NCBI RefSeq assembly: GCF_036409475.1
Contig: NZ_JAYRCK010000005.1
Coordinates: forward strand, 142,335 to 174,334
Origin: Scandinavium sp. SGZ-S8
GTDB lineage: Bacteria > Pseudomonadota > Gammaproteobacteria > Enterobacterales > Enterobacteriaceae
Reading direction: 5' to 3'
Length of the DNA: 32,000 bases
Part shown: piece by piece, positions 1-10,461 of the stretch
Layout: every line of letters starts with the position of its first letter
Position numbering within the stretch: the stretch's first letter is position 1
Program-made: the position numbers and the translations under genes
Notes under the pieces: model-generated
What the model was told of the DNA's origin: nothing
What the model saw: the letters and a program-made list of their open reading frames with translations, nothing else
The model's database searches: none

Positions 1-144
1 ATGGCTGGTGTGCAGCAAAGCCGTCTGATTGTTGCCATCAACAACGATCCCGCCGCGCCAGTTTTTGCCGCGGCGGATGTGGGCATTGTCGGGGATGCCG
101 AGGAAGTGCTTACAGAGCTTGTGCAGTGCGCCGGGCAGGATTAA
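1..144 (+). CDS. ygcQ: Electron-transfer flavoprotein alpha-subunit family protein, C-terminal 47 codons (5' end outside window)
   Basis: Frame 1 is open from the window edge to TAA at 142-144. The translation ...LIVAINNDPAAPVFAAADVGIVGDAEEVLTEL... fits the conserved C-terminal AINxDxxAPxFxxADxGIVGD motif of ETF-alpha/FixB proteins. It sits next to the fixC/fixX-like ygcN/ygcO genes as in E. coli. It is absent from the ORF track because no start lies in the window. Confidence 0.6.
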   Translation: MAGVQQSRLIVAINNDPAAPVFAAADVGIVGDAEEVLTELVQCAGQD

Positions 145-716
145 TTCAGCTTTTTGGCCAACTTCCAGACGTCGATATTGGTTGTCGACAACGCTGCTAC
201 TCCGGCGGCAATCGCGTTACGGGCATCTTCTTCATCGCAGACCAGGCCGCCTGCAATCAGCGGCTGGCGTACTTTCTCCGTTACCCAGTTCAGCACTTTC
301 GGCATGCAGCCTGGTAAGATTTCAATGCAGTCGGCGTTCGACTGTGCGACCTGCTTATCGATATTGTGGAAGGAAATGGAATCGACGATAAACAAGCGAT
401 GGATGCAGAAATACCCCTCAGCCCTGGCGGCTTTCAGCATGTTCGGCTTGGTGCTGATTATGCCGTCTGCCTGGGTCACCAGTTTCAAAAACTGAATCAC
501 CACCTCTTTATTGGACGCGCCTTCCAGTAAATCGACGTGGATGAAGCAGAATTTCCCCGCCTGTTTGATCTTCTGCACAATCCCGGTGATGGTGCAGATG
601 TTGCCGTACAGCACCGAAATAAACTGGCAATCGGACTCAATCGCCAGCTGCAGGCTGGCATTATCTTTGACCGCGGCGATCACCGGGTTTTGTCTCAGCA
701 GGTGAAGTAAAGGCAC
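141..716 (-). CDS. ygcP: GlpP-family (glycerol-3-phosphate responsive antiterminator-like) protein
   Basis: This is the C-terminal 191 codons of track ORF 141..809. I chose the GTG at 716-714 (reads MPLLHLLRQNPVIAAVKD...), which is preceded by AAGGA about 7 nt upstream. This gives the 191-aa length and N-terminus I recall for E. coli YgcP. The longer ORF would run into ygcO. Confidence 0.75.
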   Translation of the reverse strand: MPLLHLLRQNPVIAAVKDNASLQLAIESDCQFISVLYGNICTITGIVQKIKQAGKFCFIHVDLLEGASNKEVVIQFLKLVTQADGIISTKPNMLKAARAEGYFCIHRLFIVDSISFHNIDKQVAQSNADCIEILPGCMPKVLNWVTEKVRQPLIAGGLVCDEEDARNAIAAGVAALSTTNIDVWKLAKKLN

Positions 717-735
717 ACAGACATCCTTACAGTGG

Positions 736-1008
736 TTAACCAAAACGCAGGGTGATCCCCGCGCCAGAAGAGGGATATTGCCAGTCGTCCAGCAGGTCTT
801 GCCCGGCAATCAGTCGACAGCAGCCACATTCCAGACAGCCCTGAAAATGCACATTTACCCTGCCATTGGCATCTCGCTTAAACAACCCGGCGGGGCAGAT
901 TTTTTCCAGCAACGCACATTGCTCGTCGCTCAGCGATTCTTGAACCGCGATATGCGGGGTCTTCGCCGGGCGATAACAATTTCTGGTAAGGCTTTCGTTT
1001 ACAGACAT
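736..1008 (-). CDS. ygcO: FixX-like ferredoxin-family protein (ETF-quinone oxidoreductase partner)
   Basis: This is the last 90 codons of track ORF 736..1365, starting MSVNESLTRN... at ATG 1008-1006. It carries the Cys cluster CPAGLF...GCLECGCC typical of FixX/YgcO ferredoxin-like proteins. It overlaps the ygcN stop by 10 nt, consistent with translational coupling. The upstream 119 codons of the track ORF overlap ygcN out of frame. Confidence 0.75.
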   Translation of the reverse strand: MSVNESLTRNCYRPAKTPHIAVQESLSDEQCALLEKICPAGLFKRDANGRVNVHFQGCLECGCCRLIAGQDLLDDWQYPSSGAGITLRFG

Positions 1009-2294
1009 TTCAGGCTCCTCACAATATCGGCCCCTAATCGCAGCGGGCCGAAGCGACGGCTTTGACGCAATAGCGTTCGCCACACCGCCGGGTTCGCTTC
1101 GGCTTCTGCCCTCGTCATTTCTTGCAACACTGCCTGAGTGAACGTGGGCCACTGGCGGTACCAGCTTTCCCGCTGGAGAAGAGCCGGAACGTGTCGATAA
1201 CGCTGAAGTTGCTGCCAAAGCGCACTGCGAGTGAGATGCTGATTGTAGAGTTGATGCAGAGGTTTTCCCGGCGACTGAAAGTGTGTGATAAGCGTTTCGG
1301 CAGCGGCTTTGGCATTCAGCATCGCCATGTCCATTCCGCGGATCGTTACGCCAGTATTGATACAAGTGCGAAGCGTATCCCCCACCAGAAGCCAGCCTTC
1401 CCCGGCACGTTGCAGTGGCATACTGTTCAGGCCACCTTCGGGCACCAGATGTGCGCCATACTCCAGCGTTTCAGCCTCGCGCACTAACGGCCGAATAGAA
1501 GGGTGATTTTTCAGTTTCGCCAGTAAGGCAGAGGCTTCACCCGGGCCATTGCGCAGCGAAGTGAGCGGCACGACTACACCCAGCGACAGCGTCTGTTTGT
1601 TGGTATACAGAAAAGCGCCAGCCGGTTTGGTGCCGCAGACTTGCCCGCTGAACAGCCAGGCCGTGCCTTGATTGGCTTCCAGGTGAAAACGTTCATTGAT
1701 TCGACCGGCTTCCAGCGACAGCGTTTCTTTAATGCCCAGCGCCATGCTGTGCAGTTCAGGCCGCGGAACAAACCCCTGTTGCTCGGCAAGCAGGCTGTTA
1801 GCGCCTTCGGCCAGAACCACAACCCTGGCTCTGATCATTTCGCCTTCACACACCACGCCTGCAACCCGTCCATTTTCACGATACAGTGATTCAACCGTCA
1901 CGCCGCATAAAAGCTGCGCGCCTGCGGATTCAGCCTGAGCCGCAAGCCACGGATCGAAACGGGCCCGAAGGATACTCCAGGAAGGGCTTACCGGATTTTG
2001 TCCACCAAGCGTGGTTCCGCCATCGGCGGTCAAAAGCGTGAAGTTTTCGCGAGTGATAGTGCGCTCAAGCGGGGCGTGTTGCTGAAAATCAGGAAGGATG
2101 TCGGCGAGGGCATAACCATACAGTCTGCCGCCAGAGAGGTTTTTGCTGCCCGGTTGTTCGCCGCGTTCCAGCAGCAGAACCGACAACCCGGCACGGGCAC
2201 AAAGCAGGGCGCAGGTGGAACCTGCTATTCCTGCGCCGATAATAATAACGTCGAAATCGTCCGCCACCTTGCGCTCCTTTTCCTCAGAGCGCAC
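999..2294 (-). CDS. ygcN: FixC-like FAD-dependent oxidoreductase (ETF-quinone oxidoreductase family)
   Basis: 431-aa ORF with the N-terminal dinucleotide-binding motif DVIIIGAGIAGSTCALLCARAG. Synteny is with ygcO/ygcP and queD. The exact start is uncertain, since a slightly shorter start near ...KVADDFDVIIIGAG is possible. Confidence 0.8.
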   Translation of the reverse strand: MRSEEKERKVADDFDVIIIGAGIAGSTCALLCARAGLSVLLLERGEQPGSKNLSGGRLYGYALADILPDFQQHAPLERTITRENFTLLTADGGTTLGGQNPVSPSWSILRARFDPWLAAQAESAGAQLLCGVTVESLYRENGRVAGVVCEGEMIRARVVVLAEGANSLLAEQQGFVPRPELHSMALGIKETLSLEAGRINERFHLEANQGTAWLFSGQVCGTKPAGAFLYTNKQTLSLGVVVPLTSLRNGPGEASALLAKLKNHPSIRPLVREAETLEYGAHLVPEGGLNSMPLQRAGEGWLLVGDTLRTCINTGVTIRGMDMAMLNAKAAAETLITHFQSPGKPLHQLYNQHLTRSALWQQLQRYRHVPALLQRESWYRQWPTFTQAVLQEMTRAEAEANPAVWRTLLRQSRRFGPLRLGADIVRSLKCL

Positions 2295-2347
2295 ACCCTA
2301 CCATGGCGGGTTTAAAGGGTGTTTGACCGCTGCCGCAAAGGCAACAA

Positions 2348-2713
2348 TCACTCGCCGCGATAAATGCAGCCAGCGGTGCAGGTCTCTTTAATCATCACCG
2401 CGCTCAGCAGTGGAACCAGCGGTTTGATTTCATTCCAAATCCACTTTGCCAGCACTTCACTGGTTGGGTTTTCAAGACCCGGAATATCGTTCAGATAGAA
2501 GTGATCCAGACGATCGTAGGTCGGTTTGAAGGCGGCCTTCAGCTCAGCAAAGTCCATGATCCAGCCTGTATGCGGGTCGACCTCGCCGGTAATTTCCAGA
2601 CGCACCATAAAGGAGTGTCCGTGCAGGCGACCGCACTTGTGGCCTTCCGGCACGTGCGGCAGGTGGTGAGCAGCTTCAAACATAAAATCTTTAAACAGGG
2701 TGGTGGACATCAT
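2348..2713 (-). CDS. queD: 6-carboxy-5,6,7,8-tetrahydropterin synthase
   Basis: The 121-aa protein [45 protein letters not shown]... is near-identical to E. coli QueD (YgcM) as I recall it. It includes the Cys/His zinc and catalytic motif. Confidence 0.95.
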   Translation of the reverse strand: MMSTTLFKDFMFEAAHHLPHVPEGHKCGRLHGHSFMVRLEITGEVDPHTGWIMDFAELKAAFKPTYDRLDHFYLNDIPGLENPTSEVLAKWIWNEIKPLVPLLSAVMIKETCTAGCIYRGE

Positions 2714-2879
2714 GAACTCTCGAAAAATGCGGAAAAAACCGGCGAATCTTACCGCAAAGGGCGTTTTTTCGCATTAACTAAAACCGCCATTAAAACGAGC
2801 ACCGCGATGGGAGGCGAGTATTCCCTGAAAAACAGAGAAATATCATAGAGATAATTAACCAGTTTTGCCGATAAAGCTG

Positions 2880-3017
2880 ATAGCTAAAACAGGTTAGTCC
2901 ATTTGGTTATTTATTATTTCCAACCCTTCTTTAATTGTTATTATTCCTGCCGTTAACCTTACTGTTACTTGAGTTATTACGCTAAAAATTGGCTCTGCTA
3001 CTGGAACATAACAACGC
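2880..3017 (+). promoter_or_regulatory. cysJIH promoter region (expected CysB-activated), shared divergent region with queD
   Basis: AT-rich stretch directly upstream of cysJ. The call rests on location only. In E. coli and Salmonella the CysB-dependent cysJIH promoter lies here. I could not pin down the -10/-35 hexamers. Confidence 0.35.
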
Positions 3018-4823
3018 ATGACGACACAGGCCCCACCTTCCGCTTTGCTACCGTTAAACCCGGAGCAACTGGCACGCCTGCAGGCGGCCACGACCGATCT
3101 TTCACCGACGCAGCTTGCGTGGGTCTCCGGCTATTTCTGGGGCATGCTGAATCAGCAGCCCGGCGCAACCGTGGCGGCAACGCCTGCGGCGGTTGAAGCG
3201 CCGGCTATCACGCTGATTTCTGCTTCACAAACCGGCAATGCTCGCCGCGTGGCAGAACAGCTTCGCGATGATTTGCTGGCGGCCAAACTTAACGTCAAGC
3301 TGGTGAATGCGGGCGACTACAAATTCAAACAAATCGCTCAGGAAAAACTGCTGGTGGTGGTGACGTCGACTCAGGGCGAAGGTGAGCCGCCGGAAGAAGC
3401 CGTTGCGTTGCATAAGTTCCTGTTCTCGAAAAAAGCACCGAAACTGAACGGCACCGCATTTGCGGTTTTTGGTCTCGGCGATACGTCCTATGAATTCTTC
3501 TGTCAGTCCGGCAAAGACTTCGACAGCAAACTGGCTGAACTGGGCGCAGAACGCCTGTTGGATCGCGTAGATACCGACGTTGAATACCAGACGGCGGCGG
3601 CAGAATGGCGCGAACGCATTGTTGATGTGCTGAAAGCGCGTGCGCCAAAAGAGACGTCTGCTCAGGCTGCACTGACGGCAGCAGGCGTGGTGAATGAAGT
3701 TCACTCCAGCCCGTACACCAAAGAAGCACCGCTGACCGCGACGCTTTCTGTGAATCAAAAAATCACCGGCCGTGATTCCGAAAAAGACGTGCGTCACATC
3801 GAAATCGATCTGGCCGACTCAGGTCTGCGTTATCAGCCAGGCGATGCGCTGGGCGTCTGGTATCAGAATGATGCCGCGCTGGTTCAGGAACTGGTCGAAC
3901 TGCTGTGGCTGAAAGGCACCGAATCCGTCACCGTTCACGATAAAGCAATGCCGCTGAGTGAAGCGCTGGAATGGCATCTCGAATTGACGGTCAACACCGG
4001 CAATATCGTGGAAAATTACGCCACGCTGACCCGCAGCGAATCATTGTTGCCACTGGTGGGCGATAAGGCGAAATTGCAGCACTACGCCGCGACGACGCCG
4101 ATTGTGGATATGGTGCGTTTCTCACCGGCACAGCTGGATGCACAAGCGTTGGTGGATTTACTGCGCCCGCTGACGCCACGCCTTTATTCCATCGCCTCTT
4201 CTCAGGCTGAAGTGGAAACCGAAGTTCACGTGACCGTCGGCGTTGTGCGTTACGACATCGAAGGCCGTGCGCGTACAGGTGGTGCTTCCAGCTTCCTCGC
4301 CGATCGCGTGGAAGAAGACGGCGAAGTGCGCGTGTTCATCGAGCATAACGATAACTTCCGTTTGCCAGCGAACCCGCAAACGCCGGTCATCATGATTGGC
4401 CCTGGCACCGGGATTGCACCGTTCCGTGCGTTCATGCAGCAGCGTGCCGCAGACGGCGCGGAAGGAAAAAACTGGTTGTTCTTCGGCAACCCGCATTTCA
4501 CCGACGACTTCCTGTATCAGGTGGAATGGCAGCGTCTGGTCAAAGACGGCGTGCTGAGCAACATCTCTCTGGCCTGGTCCAGAGATCAAAAAGAAAAAAT
4601 CTACGTACAAGACAAACTGCGCGAACAGGGCGCAGAGCTGTGGCGCTGGATCAATGACGGTGCCCACATTTATGTCTGTGGCGACGCTAATCGCATGGCG
4701 AAAGATGTCGAGCAGGCGTTACTGGAAGTGATTGCTGAATTTGGTGCGATGGACGCCGAAGCGGCAGACGATTATTTAAGTGAGCTGCGCGTAGAGCGCC
4801 GTTATCAGCGAGATGTCTACTAA
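3018..4823 (+). CDS. cysJ: Sulfite reductase [NADPH] flavoprotein alpha component
   Basis: 601-aa ORF. The N-terminus [28 protein letters not shown]... and the flavodoxin/FNR-like domains closely match E. coli CysJ. A 1-nt TAATG overlap joins it to cysI. Confidence 0.97.
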   Translation: MTTQAPPSALLPLNPEQLARLQAATTDLSPTQLAWVSGYFWGMLNQQPGATVAATPAAVEAPAITLISASQTGNARRVAEQLRDDLLAAKLNVKLVNAGDYKFKQIAQEKLLVVVTSTQGEGEPPEEAVALHKFLFSKKAPKLNGTAFAVFGLGDTSYEFFCQSGKDFDSKLAELGAERLLDRVDTDVEYQTAAAEWRERIVDVLKARAPKETSAQAALTAAGVVNEVHSSPYTKEAPLTATLSVNQKITGRDSEKDVRHIEIDLADSGLRYQPGDALGVWYQNDAALVQELVELLWLKGTESVTVHDKAMPLSEALEWHLELTVNTGNIVENYATLTRSESLLPLVGDKAKLQHYAATTPIVDMVRFSPAQLDAQALVDLLRPLTPRLYSIASSQAEVETEVHVTVGVVRYDIEGRARTGGASSFLADRVEEDGEVRVFIEHNDNFRLPANPQTPVIMIGPGTGIAPFRAFMQQRAADGAEGKNWLFFGNPHFTDDFLYQVEWQRLVKDGVLSNISLAWSRDQKEKIYVQDKLREQGAELWRWINDGAHIYVCGDANRMAKDVEQALLEVIAEFGAMDAEAADDYLSELRVERRYQRDVY

Positions 4824-6535
4824 TGAGCGAAAAACACCCAGGCCCTTTAGTGGTCGAAGGCAAGCTGTCAGACGCTGAACGTCTGAAAAAAGAGAGCAAT
4901 TATCTGCGCGGAACCATCGCGGAAGATTTGCATGACGGCCTGACCGGCGGCTTCAATGGCGATAACTTCCTGCTGATCCGTTTCCACGGCATGTACCAGC
5001 AGGATGACCGTGATATTCGCGCTGAGCGTGCAGAGCAAAAACTCGAACCACGTCATGCCATGATGCTGCGCTGCCGTTTGCCGGGCGGGATTATCACCAC
5101 CAAACAGTGGCAGGCGATCGATAAATTTGCTGAGAACAACACGATCTACGGCAGCATTCGCCTGACCAACCGTCAGACGTTCCAGTTCCACGGCATTCTG
5201 AAAAAGAACGTTAAACCTGCGCACCAGATGCTGCATGAAGTTGGCCTGGACGCGCTGGCCACCGCGAATGACGTGAACCGTAATGTGCTTTGTACCTCGA
5301 ACCCGGTGGAGTCTGAACTGCACGCCGAAGCGTACGAGTGGGCGAAGAAGCTCTCTGAGCATCTGCTGCCACGCACTCGCGCCTATGCAGAGATCTGGCA
5401 CGATCAGGAAAAAGTGGCGACAACCGACGAAGAGCCGATCCTGGGCGAAACCTATCTGCCGCGTAAGTTTAAAACGACGGTTGTGATCCCTCCGCAGAAC
5501 GATGTGGATTTGCATGCCAACGACATGAACTTTGTCGCGGTCGCCGAGAACGGCAAACTGGTAGGCTTCAACCTGCTGGTGGGCGGCGGGTTATCTATCG
5601 ATCACGGTAATAAGAAAACGTATGCCCGCACGGCGAGCGAATTTGGTTTCCTGCCGCTGGAACACACGCTTGCCGTGGCGGAAGCGGTGGTCACCACGCA
5701 GCGTGACTGGGGCAACCGTACCGATCGTAAAAATGCCAAAACCAAATACACCCTTGAGCGCGTCGGTGTAGATGTGTTCAAAGCGGAAGTAGAACGTCGC
5801 GCAGGCATGACCTTCGCCCCGATTCGCCCGTATGAATTTACCGGACGCGGCGATCGCATCGGCTGGGTCAAAGGCATCGACAGCAAATGGCACCTGACGT
5901 TGTTCATCGAGAACGGCCGTATTCTGGATTATCCGGGCCGTCCGCTGAAAACCGGTCTGCTGGAGATAGCAAAGATCCACAAAGGCGATTTCCGCCTGAC
6001 CGCGAACCAGAACCTGATTATTGCCGGCGTGCCGGAAAGCCAGAAAGCGAAGATTGAAAAACTCGCGCAAGAGCATGGGTTAATGAACGCAGTGAAGCCG
6101 CAGCGTGAAAACTCAATGGCCTGTGTGGCTTTCCCAACCTGCCCACTGGCCATGGCCGAAGCTGAGCGTTTCCTGCCATCGTTTATCGACAAAGTGGAAG
6201 CGGTCATGGAACGTCACGGCGTGGGCGAAGAGCACATAGTTCTGCGTGTAACCGGCTGCCCGAATGGCTGTGGCCGTGCGCTGTTGGCAGAGTTAGGCTT
6301 GGTAGGCAAAGCGCCAGGTCGCTACAACCTGCACCTGGGCGGCAACCGCATGGGCACACGCATTCCGCGTATGTACCGAGAGAACATCACCGAGTCTGAG
6401 ATTCTGGATTCCGTGGACGAGCTGGTAGGCCGCTGGGCGAAAGAACGTGAAGCTAATGAAGGCTTCGGCGATTTCACCGTGCGTGCAGGGATTGTGCGTC
6501 CTGTGCTCGATCCGGCTCGCGATTTCTGGGAATAA
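4823..6535 (+). CDS. cysI: Sulfite reductase [NADPH] hemoprotein beta component (siroheme/4Fe-4S)
   Basis: 570-aa ORF starting [32 protein letters not shown].... It carries the Cys cluster ...[17 protein letters not shown]... and ...[10 protein letters not shown].... Confidence 0.97.
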   Translation: MSEKHPGPLVVEGKLSDAERLKKESNYLRGTIAEDLHDGLTGGFNGDNFLLIRFHGMYQQDDRDIRAERAEQKLEPRHAMMLRCRLPGGIITTKQWQAIDKFAENNTIYGSIRLTNRQTFQFHGILKKNVKPAHQMLHEVGLDALATANDVNRNVLCTSNPVESELHAEAYEWAKKLSEHLLPRTRAYAEIWHDQEKVATTDEEPILGETYLPRKFKTTVVIPPQNDVDLHANDMNFVAVAENGKLVGFNLLVGGGLSIDHGNKKTYARTASEFGFLPLEHTLAVAEAVVTTQRDWGNRTDRKNAKTKYTLERVGVDVFKAEVERRAGMTFAPIRPYEFTGRGDRIGWVKGIDSKWHLTLFIENGRILDYPGRPLKTGLLEIAKIHKGDFRLTANQNLIIAGVPESQKAKIEKLAQEHGLMNAVKPQRENSMACVAFPTCPLAMAEAERFLPSFIDKVEAVMERHGVGEEHIVLRVTGCPNGCGRALLAELGLVGKAPGRYNLHLGGNRMGTRIPRMYRENITESEILDSVDELVGRWAKEREANEGFGDFTVRAGIVRPVLDPARDFWE

Positions 6536-6544
6536 CGTGATAAC

Positions 6545-6614
6545 GCCGGATGGCGCTAACGCTTATCCGGCCTACAAAGCACGTAGGCCGGGCAAACGCA
6601 GTGCCGCCCGGCAT
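6545..6614. repeat. Pair of REP (repetitive extragenic palindromic) elements in inverted orientation (BIME-like)
   Basis: GCCGGATggcgctaacgcttATCCGGCctac (6545-6575) and gtagGCCGGGCaaacgcagtgccGCCCGGCat (6583-6614). Both have the imperfect palindrome and GTAG/CTAC ends typical of enterobacterial REP sequences. They lie in the cysI-cysH spacer. Confidence 0.8.
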
Positions 6615-6635
6615 CATCAGGCTTGAGAGGTAACC

Positions 6636-7370
6636 ATGTCATTACTCAATCTGAACGCCTTAAACGAACTGCCGAAAGTTGACCGCGTGCTGCAACTGGC
6701 GGAAACCAACGCTCAACTGGAAAAGCTTAGCGCCGAAGAACGCGTTGCCTGGGCGCTGGAAAATCTGCCCGGCGAGTATGTGCTCTCTTCAAGCTTTGGG
6801 ATTCAGGCGGCGGTGAGTCTGCATCTGGTTAATCAGGTCAGCCCGGGTATTCCGGTTATCCTTACCGATACCGGCTATTTATTCCCGGAGACTTATCAGT
6901 TTATCGATGAGCTGACCGACAAGCTGAAGCTGAACCTGAAGATTTATCGTGCCGAGCAGAGTCCGGCGTGGCAGGAAGCGCGTTACGGTAAGCTGTGGGA
7001 GCAGGGCGTTGAAGGCATTGAGAAATACAATGACATCAACAAAGTCGAACCGATGAACCGGGCGCTGAAAGAGTTGAAAGCGCAAACCTGGTTTGCTGGT
7101 CTGCGCCGTGAACAATCCGGCAGCCGCGCCACGCTTCCGGTACTGGCTGTGCAGCGTGAAGTTTTCAAAGTGCTGCCGATTATCGACTGGGACAACCGCA
7201 CGGTGTACCAGTACCTGCAAAAGCATGGCCTGAAATACCATCCGCTCTGGGATCAGGGCTATTTGTCTGTGGGCGATACGCACACCACTAAAAAATGGGA
7301 ACCTGGCATGGCCGAAGAAGAAACTCGTTTCTTTGGCTTAAAACGCGAATGCGGGCTGCACGAAGGGTAA
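6636..7370 (+). CDS. cysH: Phosphoadenosine phosphosulfate (PAPS) reductase
   Basis: 244-aa ORF with SD GAGAGG upstream. It ends in the diagnostic C-terminal ...KRECGLHEG motif (ECGLH). Confidence 0.97.
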   Translation: MSLLNLNALNELPKVDRVLQLAETNAQLEKLSAEERVAWALENLPGEYVLSSSFGIQAAVSLHLVNQVSPGIPVILTDTGYLFPETYQFIDELTDKLKLNLKIYRAEQSPAWQEARYGKLWEQGVEGIEKYNDINKVEPMNRALKELKAQTWFAGLRREQSGSRATLPVLAVQREVFKVLPIIDWDNRTVYQYLQKHGLKYHPLWDQGYLSVGDTHTTKKWEPGMAEEETRFFGLKRECGLHEG

Positions 7371-7382
7371 GTAACTTTTTTC

Positions 7383-7408
7383 AGGCGGAGCGTTTGCTTC
7401 GCCTTTTT
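7383..7408 (+). terminator. Rho-independent terminator of cysJIH
   Basis: AGGCGGAGC-gttt-GCTTCGCCT forms a 9-bp stem with one G-U pair, followed by TTTTT. It lies 13 nt after the cysH stop. Confidence 0.75.
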
Positions 7409-7767
7409 AATGTGTTCTCCACGTCAGTAGGGCAAAGCAGATAAAGCGATTTCCCCTTCCTCCCTCTTCCCGAATGACGAGATGCCGTAGAAAAAATACG
7501 TTCAATAATCATATCAGCTCTTTAATTTTTACTTCTTATTTATAGATGAATGTAATTAAATGTTATGAATTATTAATTGTTCAGATGGGGTGAAAATATC
7601 CATCATATATGATGTATTTGTTATGCGAACTGGGGAGATCTTTTACAAGGTTGGTTTGATTAATTCTCATCAATTTGATCCAAATCGTAAAATTGTAAAT
7701 GCGATGAGCTTGTTTCTTGTGCGGTGGAGTATCATTTTCTGCGTTTAAAACTCCACGGATATCAATA
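7409..7767 (+). promoter_or_regulatory. AT-rich cas3 upstream region (expected promoter / nucleoid-protein silencing region)
   Basis: Markedly AT-rich from about 7490 to 7715. It contains the perfect 14-bp palindrome CATCATATATGATG at 7601-7614. In E. coli and Salmonella the corresponding regions are H-NS bound. No promoter hexamers were assigned. Confidence 0.35.
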
Positions 7768-10461
7768 ATGATCGGCGATGTACCTGATTACCTTTGTTAC
7801 TGGGGGAAAACCAGTGATTCCTCTTTACAGGAAAGTAGAGACTGGCATTTACTGGCATATCATTGTCTTGATGTCGCTGCTTGTGGATATTTGATTGTTG
7901 AGCGGAATATATATTGCGCAAAAAATTCATTATATGAATGTGGTTTAGGTGATGACGAAATTCCTGTATGGATTGCCTGGCTGTTTGCTACGCATGATAT
8001 CGGAAAATTTGCGCGAGGCTTTCAGCGACTGGTGGAATTCACTGACTCACCTTTAGTGCCTCCGGTCAATGGGGTAAATGCTTTTGCTCGTCACGATTCG
8101 CTGGGAATGTATTTATGGCAAAAATTATACCGTGGCTGGTTGGCGGGAAAGAATAATATTCTTCCTGATATCCCTCCTGAAGAACGCGATGAGTATGAAG
8201 ACGCATTGCATTCCTGGATGTCAGTCAGCACAGGGCACCACGGATTACCTCCCGATAACAGCAATAAAAAAATACCCCTGGCATTTTGTGATGATGATAT
8301 TGCGGCGGCGGAACATTTCATGGAAGACCTGAGTCAGTTATTTCCAATAAAAATACCGGCACAGTGGAAAGATAAAAACGGAAGGAAAAATATCCGTCAG
8401 CAAAGCTGGTTTTTTGCCGGGCTGATGACGTTATGCGACTGGATGGGATCGGATCAAACGCTATTTCCTGTCGTCAGTACGCCAATGCCATTGCCAGAAT
8501 ACTGGCCTCTTGCCTGTGAAAGGGCGCAACGTGCGCTATCAGCTATTCCTTCCCCCTCGGAACCCAATCCCTATTCAGGTTATCAGACACTGTTTCCATT
8601 CATTCGTCAGCTAACGCCTCTTCAGCAACGTGCGACGACCCTGGATATCTCCTCGCCGGGTCCTCAGTTGATTATCCTGGAAGATGTCACCGGTGCGGGG
8701 AAAACGGAAGCCGCGTTAATCCTCGCGCATCGGCTGTTATCTGCGGGAAAAGGACAGGGGCTGTATGTCGGTTTGCCGGGGATGGCGACCGCCAATGCGA
8801 TGTACCAGCGGCTGCAGAAAGCGTATCGACAATTGTTCAGTGAGGAATCACAGCCCTCGTTGATTCTGGCACACAGCGGCCGGGAAATGTCAGAGGCCTT
8901 TCGTCAATCCATCTGGCAACCGTCAGCGACTGATGCGCAACCCTATTCCGCCAGCGAGGCCACTGCCTCCGGTCAGTGCCACGCCTGGTATGCCGATTCG
9001 CGCAAAAAAGCGTTACTCGCTGAAATGGGCGTGGGCACACTCGATCAGCTCCTGATGGCGGTCATGCCTTTTCGTCATCAGTCACTGCGTTTACTGGGCA
9101 TGCGTGACAAAGTGCTGCTGCTGGACGAAGTCCATGCCTACGATAGCTACATGGTCAGGCTGCTGGAAGGATTGCTCCATTTTCATGCGGCTCAGGGCGG
9201 TAGCGCAATTATCCTCAGTGCAACGTTGCCGGCTTCATTACGGGAAAAACTGCTTGCTGCTTTTAACGATGGCGCAGGTTTTCCCCCTCAAACGCCCGAT
9301 GAAGCCGATTACCCCTGGTTAAGTCATCTCAGTGCCGCTGGGCTATATGAGCAACCACTTCCTACCAGACCCGAGGTTCAGCGCACGGTAGCGGTGAATG
9401 CCCTTGTCGAGCCTTCTGACGCCATGGCGTTAATTCATCAGGCCGTCGCTGCGGGTCAGTGTATTTGCTGGATCCGTAACACGGTAGATGAAGCGCTGGA
9501 CATCTATCAGCAGCTGCTCGCGGCCGGGACGCTTCCGGCAGCCGATATTTTGTTGTTTCACAGCCGTTTTGCCTTTGCCGATCGTCTGGCAATAGAAGAG
9601 AAAACCCTCAACTGGTTTGGTAAAGATGCTCCTCCTGTGTCGCGCAAAGGCAAAGTGCTGATCGCCACTCAGGTGGTGGAGCAATCGCTTGATGTAGATT
9701 TCGACTGGATGATTTCCGATCTCGCGCCCATCGATCTGCTTATCCAGCGTGCCGGGCGGTTGCAACGTCATATTCGCGATGCTGAAGGCAACCCCAAATC
9801 TCAGCTTCCCGACGAACGTCAGCCGCCGGTATTGCATCTTTATGGTCCGCAATGGCAGGAAGATGCTCACCCTGAAGAGTATGCCAAAGCGCTGAAGGGA
9901 ACAGGCTATATCTACCCCGATCACGGCTGTTTGTGGCGCACTCAGGCGCTGCTGCGTCAGGTGGGAGAAATCCGTATGCCGGAAGGGGCAAGAACGCTGG
10001 TCGACGGCGTCTATGAGCAGAAAATTGCTGCGCCAGCAGGATTACAAACAGTTTCCGATCTGGCGTTTGGTCAGGATTTATCCCGCCGTTCGGTGGCCGC
10101 ACAAAATTTGCTCAGCCGAAATAAGGGCTATGACCGCGAGGCCAGCGATTTCTTGTGGAGTGAAGATCGGGAGTTTTCAACGCGTCTGGGCGAACCCAGT
10201 CTCGATGTCTATCTGGCGTGGCCAGATGGTGACGGAATATTGCAGCCCATCGTTCGCGAAGGCGATTTTCGCTGGGAGAAAAGCCGGATTTCGTTACGGG
10301 AATCCTGGTGGCGCAAACATCAGGCACAGCTTGAACAGCCGGAAGAAGAGCAACTGGCGCTGTTTCGTAAACAGCAGCATCGCCCTACGGCGCAGGTGGT
10401 GTTGGTGTCAGAACAAGGGGAAGCGGCGTATTACAGCAAGCGCTTTGGGTTGACTGGGTGA
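7768..10461 (+). CDS. cas3: Type I-E CRISPR-associated helicase/nuclease Cas3 (HD + SF2 helicase)
   Basis: The track ORF 7717..10461 starts at a TTG. I prefer the ATG at 7768 (MIGDVPDYLCYWGKTS...), which matches typical Cas3 N-termini (..YWGK..). HD motifs are LAYHCLDVAA, HDIGKF and TGHHG. Helicase motifs are TGAGKTEAA (Walker A), LLDEVHAYD (DEAH), ILSATLP and QRAGRLQRH. Confidence 0.93.
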   Translation: MIGDVPDYLCYWGKTSDSSLQESRDWHLLAYHCLDVAACGYLIVERNIYCAKNSLYECGLGDDEIPVWIAWLFATHDIGKFARGFQRLVEFTDSPLVPPVNGVNAFARHDSLGMYLWQKLYRGWLAGKNNILPDIPPEERDEYEDALHSWMSVSTGHHGLPPDNSNKKIPLAFCDDDIAAAEHFMEDLSQLFPIKIPAQWKDKNGRKNIRQQSWFFAGLMTLCDWMGSDQTLFPVVSTPMPLPEYWPLACERAQRALSAIPSPSEPNPYSGYQTLFPFIRQLTPLQQRATTLDISSPGPQLIILEDVTGAGKTEAALILAHRLLSAGKGQGLYVGLPGMATANAMYQRLQKAYRQLFSEESQPSLILAHSGREMSEAFRQSIWQPSATDAQPYSASEATASGQCHAWYADSRKKALLAEMGVGTLDQLLMAVMPFRHQSLRLLGMRDKVLLLDEVHAYDSYMVRLLEGLLHFHAAQGGSAIILSATLPASLREKLLAAFNDGAGFPPQTPDEADYPWLSHLSAAGLYEQPLPTRPEVQRTVAVNALVEPSDAMALIHQAVAAGQCICWIRNTVDEALDIYQQLLAAGTLPAADILLFHSRFAFADRLAIEEKTLNWFGKDAPPVSRKGKVLIATQVVEQSLDVDFDWMISDLAPIDLLIQRAGRLQRHIRDAEGNPKSQLPDERQPPVLHLYGPQWQEDAHPEEYAKALKGTGYIYPDHGCLWRTQALLRQVGEIRMPEGARTLVDGVYEQKIAAPAGLQTVSDLAFGQDLSRRSVAAQNLLSRNKGYDREASDFLWSEDREFSTRLGEPSLDVYLAWPDGDGILQPIVREGDFRWEKSRISLRESWWRKHQAQLEQPEEEQLALFRKQQHRPTAQVVLVSEQGEAAYYSKRFGLTG

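Noticed and set aside
141-144. Convergent overlap of the ygcQ (TAA 142-144) and ygcP (TAA on the minus strand, 143-141) stop codons
   Set aside because: The overlap is real but trivial. It is a common arrangement for convergent genes and shows no evidence of function.
1009-1365. Upstream 119 codons of track ORF 736..1365. The same applies to 717..809 of ORF 141..809.
   Set aside because: These overlap ygcN (or run into ygcO) out of frame. The conserved YgcO and YgcP sequences begin at the internal starts chosen.
3225-6207. Multiple 60-215 aa ORFs antisense to or out of frame with cysJ and cysI. Similar ones occur inside ygcN, cas3, cse1, cas7, cas1, the PTS genes, iap and cysG.
   Set aside because: All are nested within well-supported genes and lack RBS or motif support. 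They are typical overlapping-frame artefacts.
7717-7767. N-terminal 17-codon extension of cas3 from a TTG start (MCGGVSFSAFKTPRISI)
   Set aside because: The ATG at 7768 gives the conserved Cas3 N-terminus (...DYLCYWGK). The extension starts at a rare TTG within the AT-rich promoter region.
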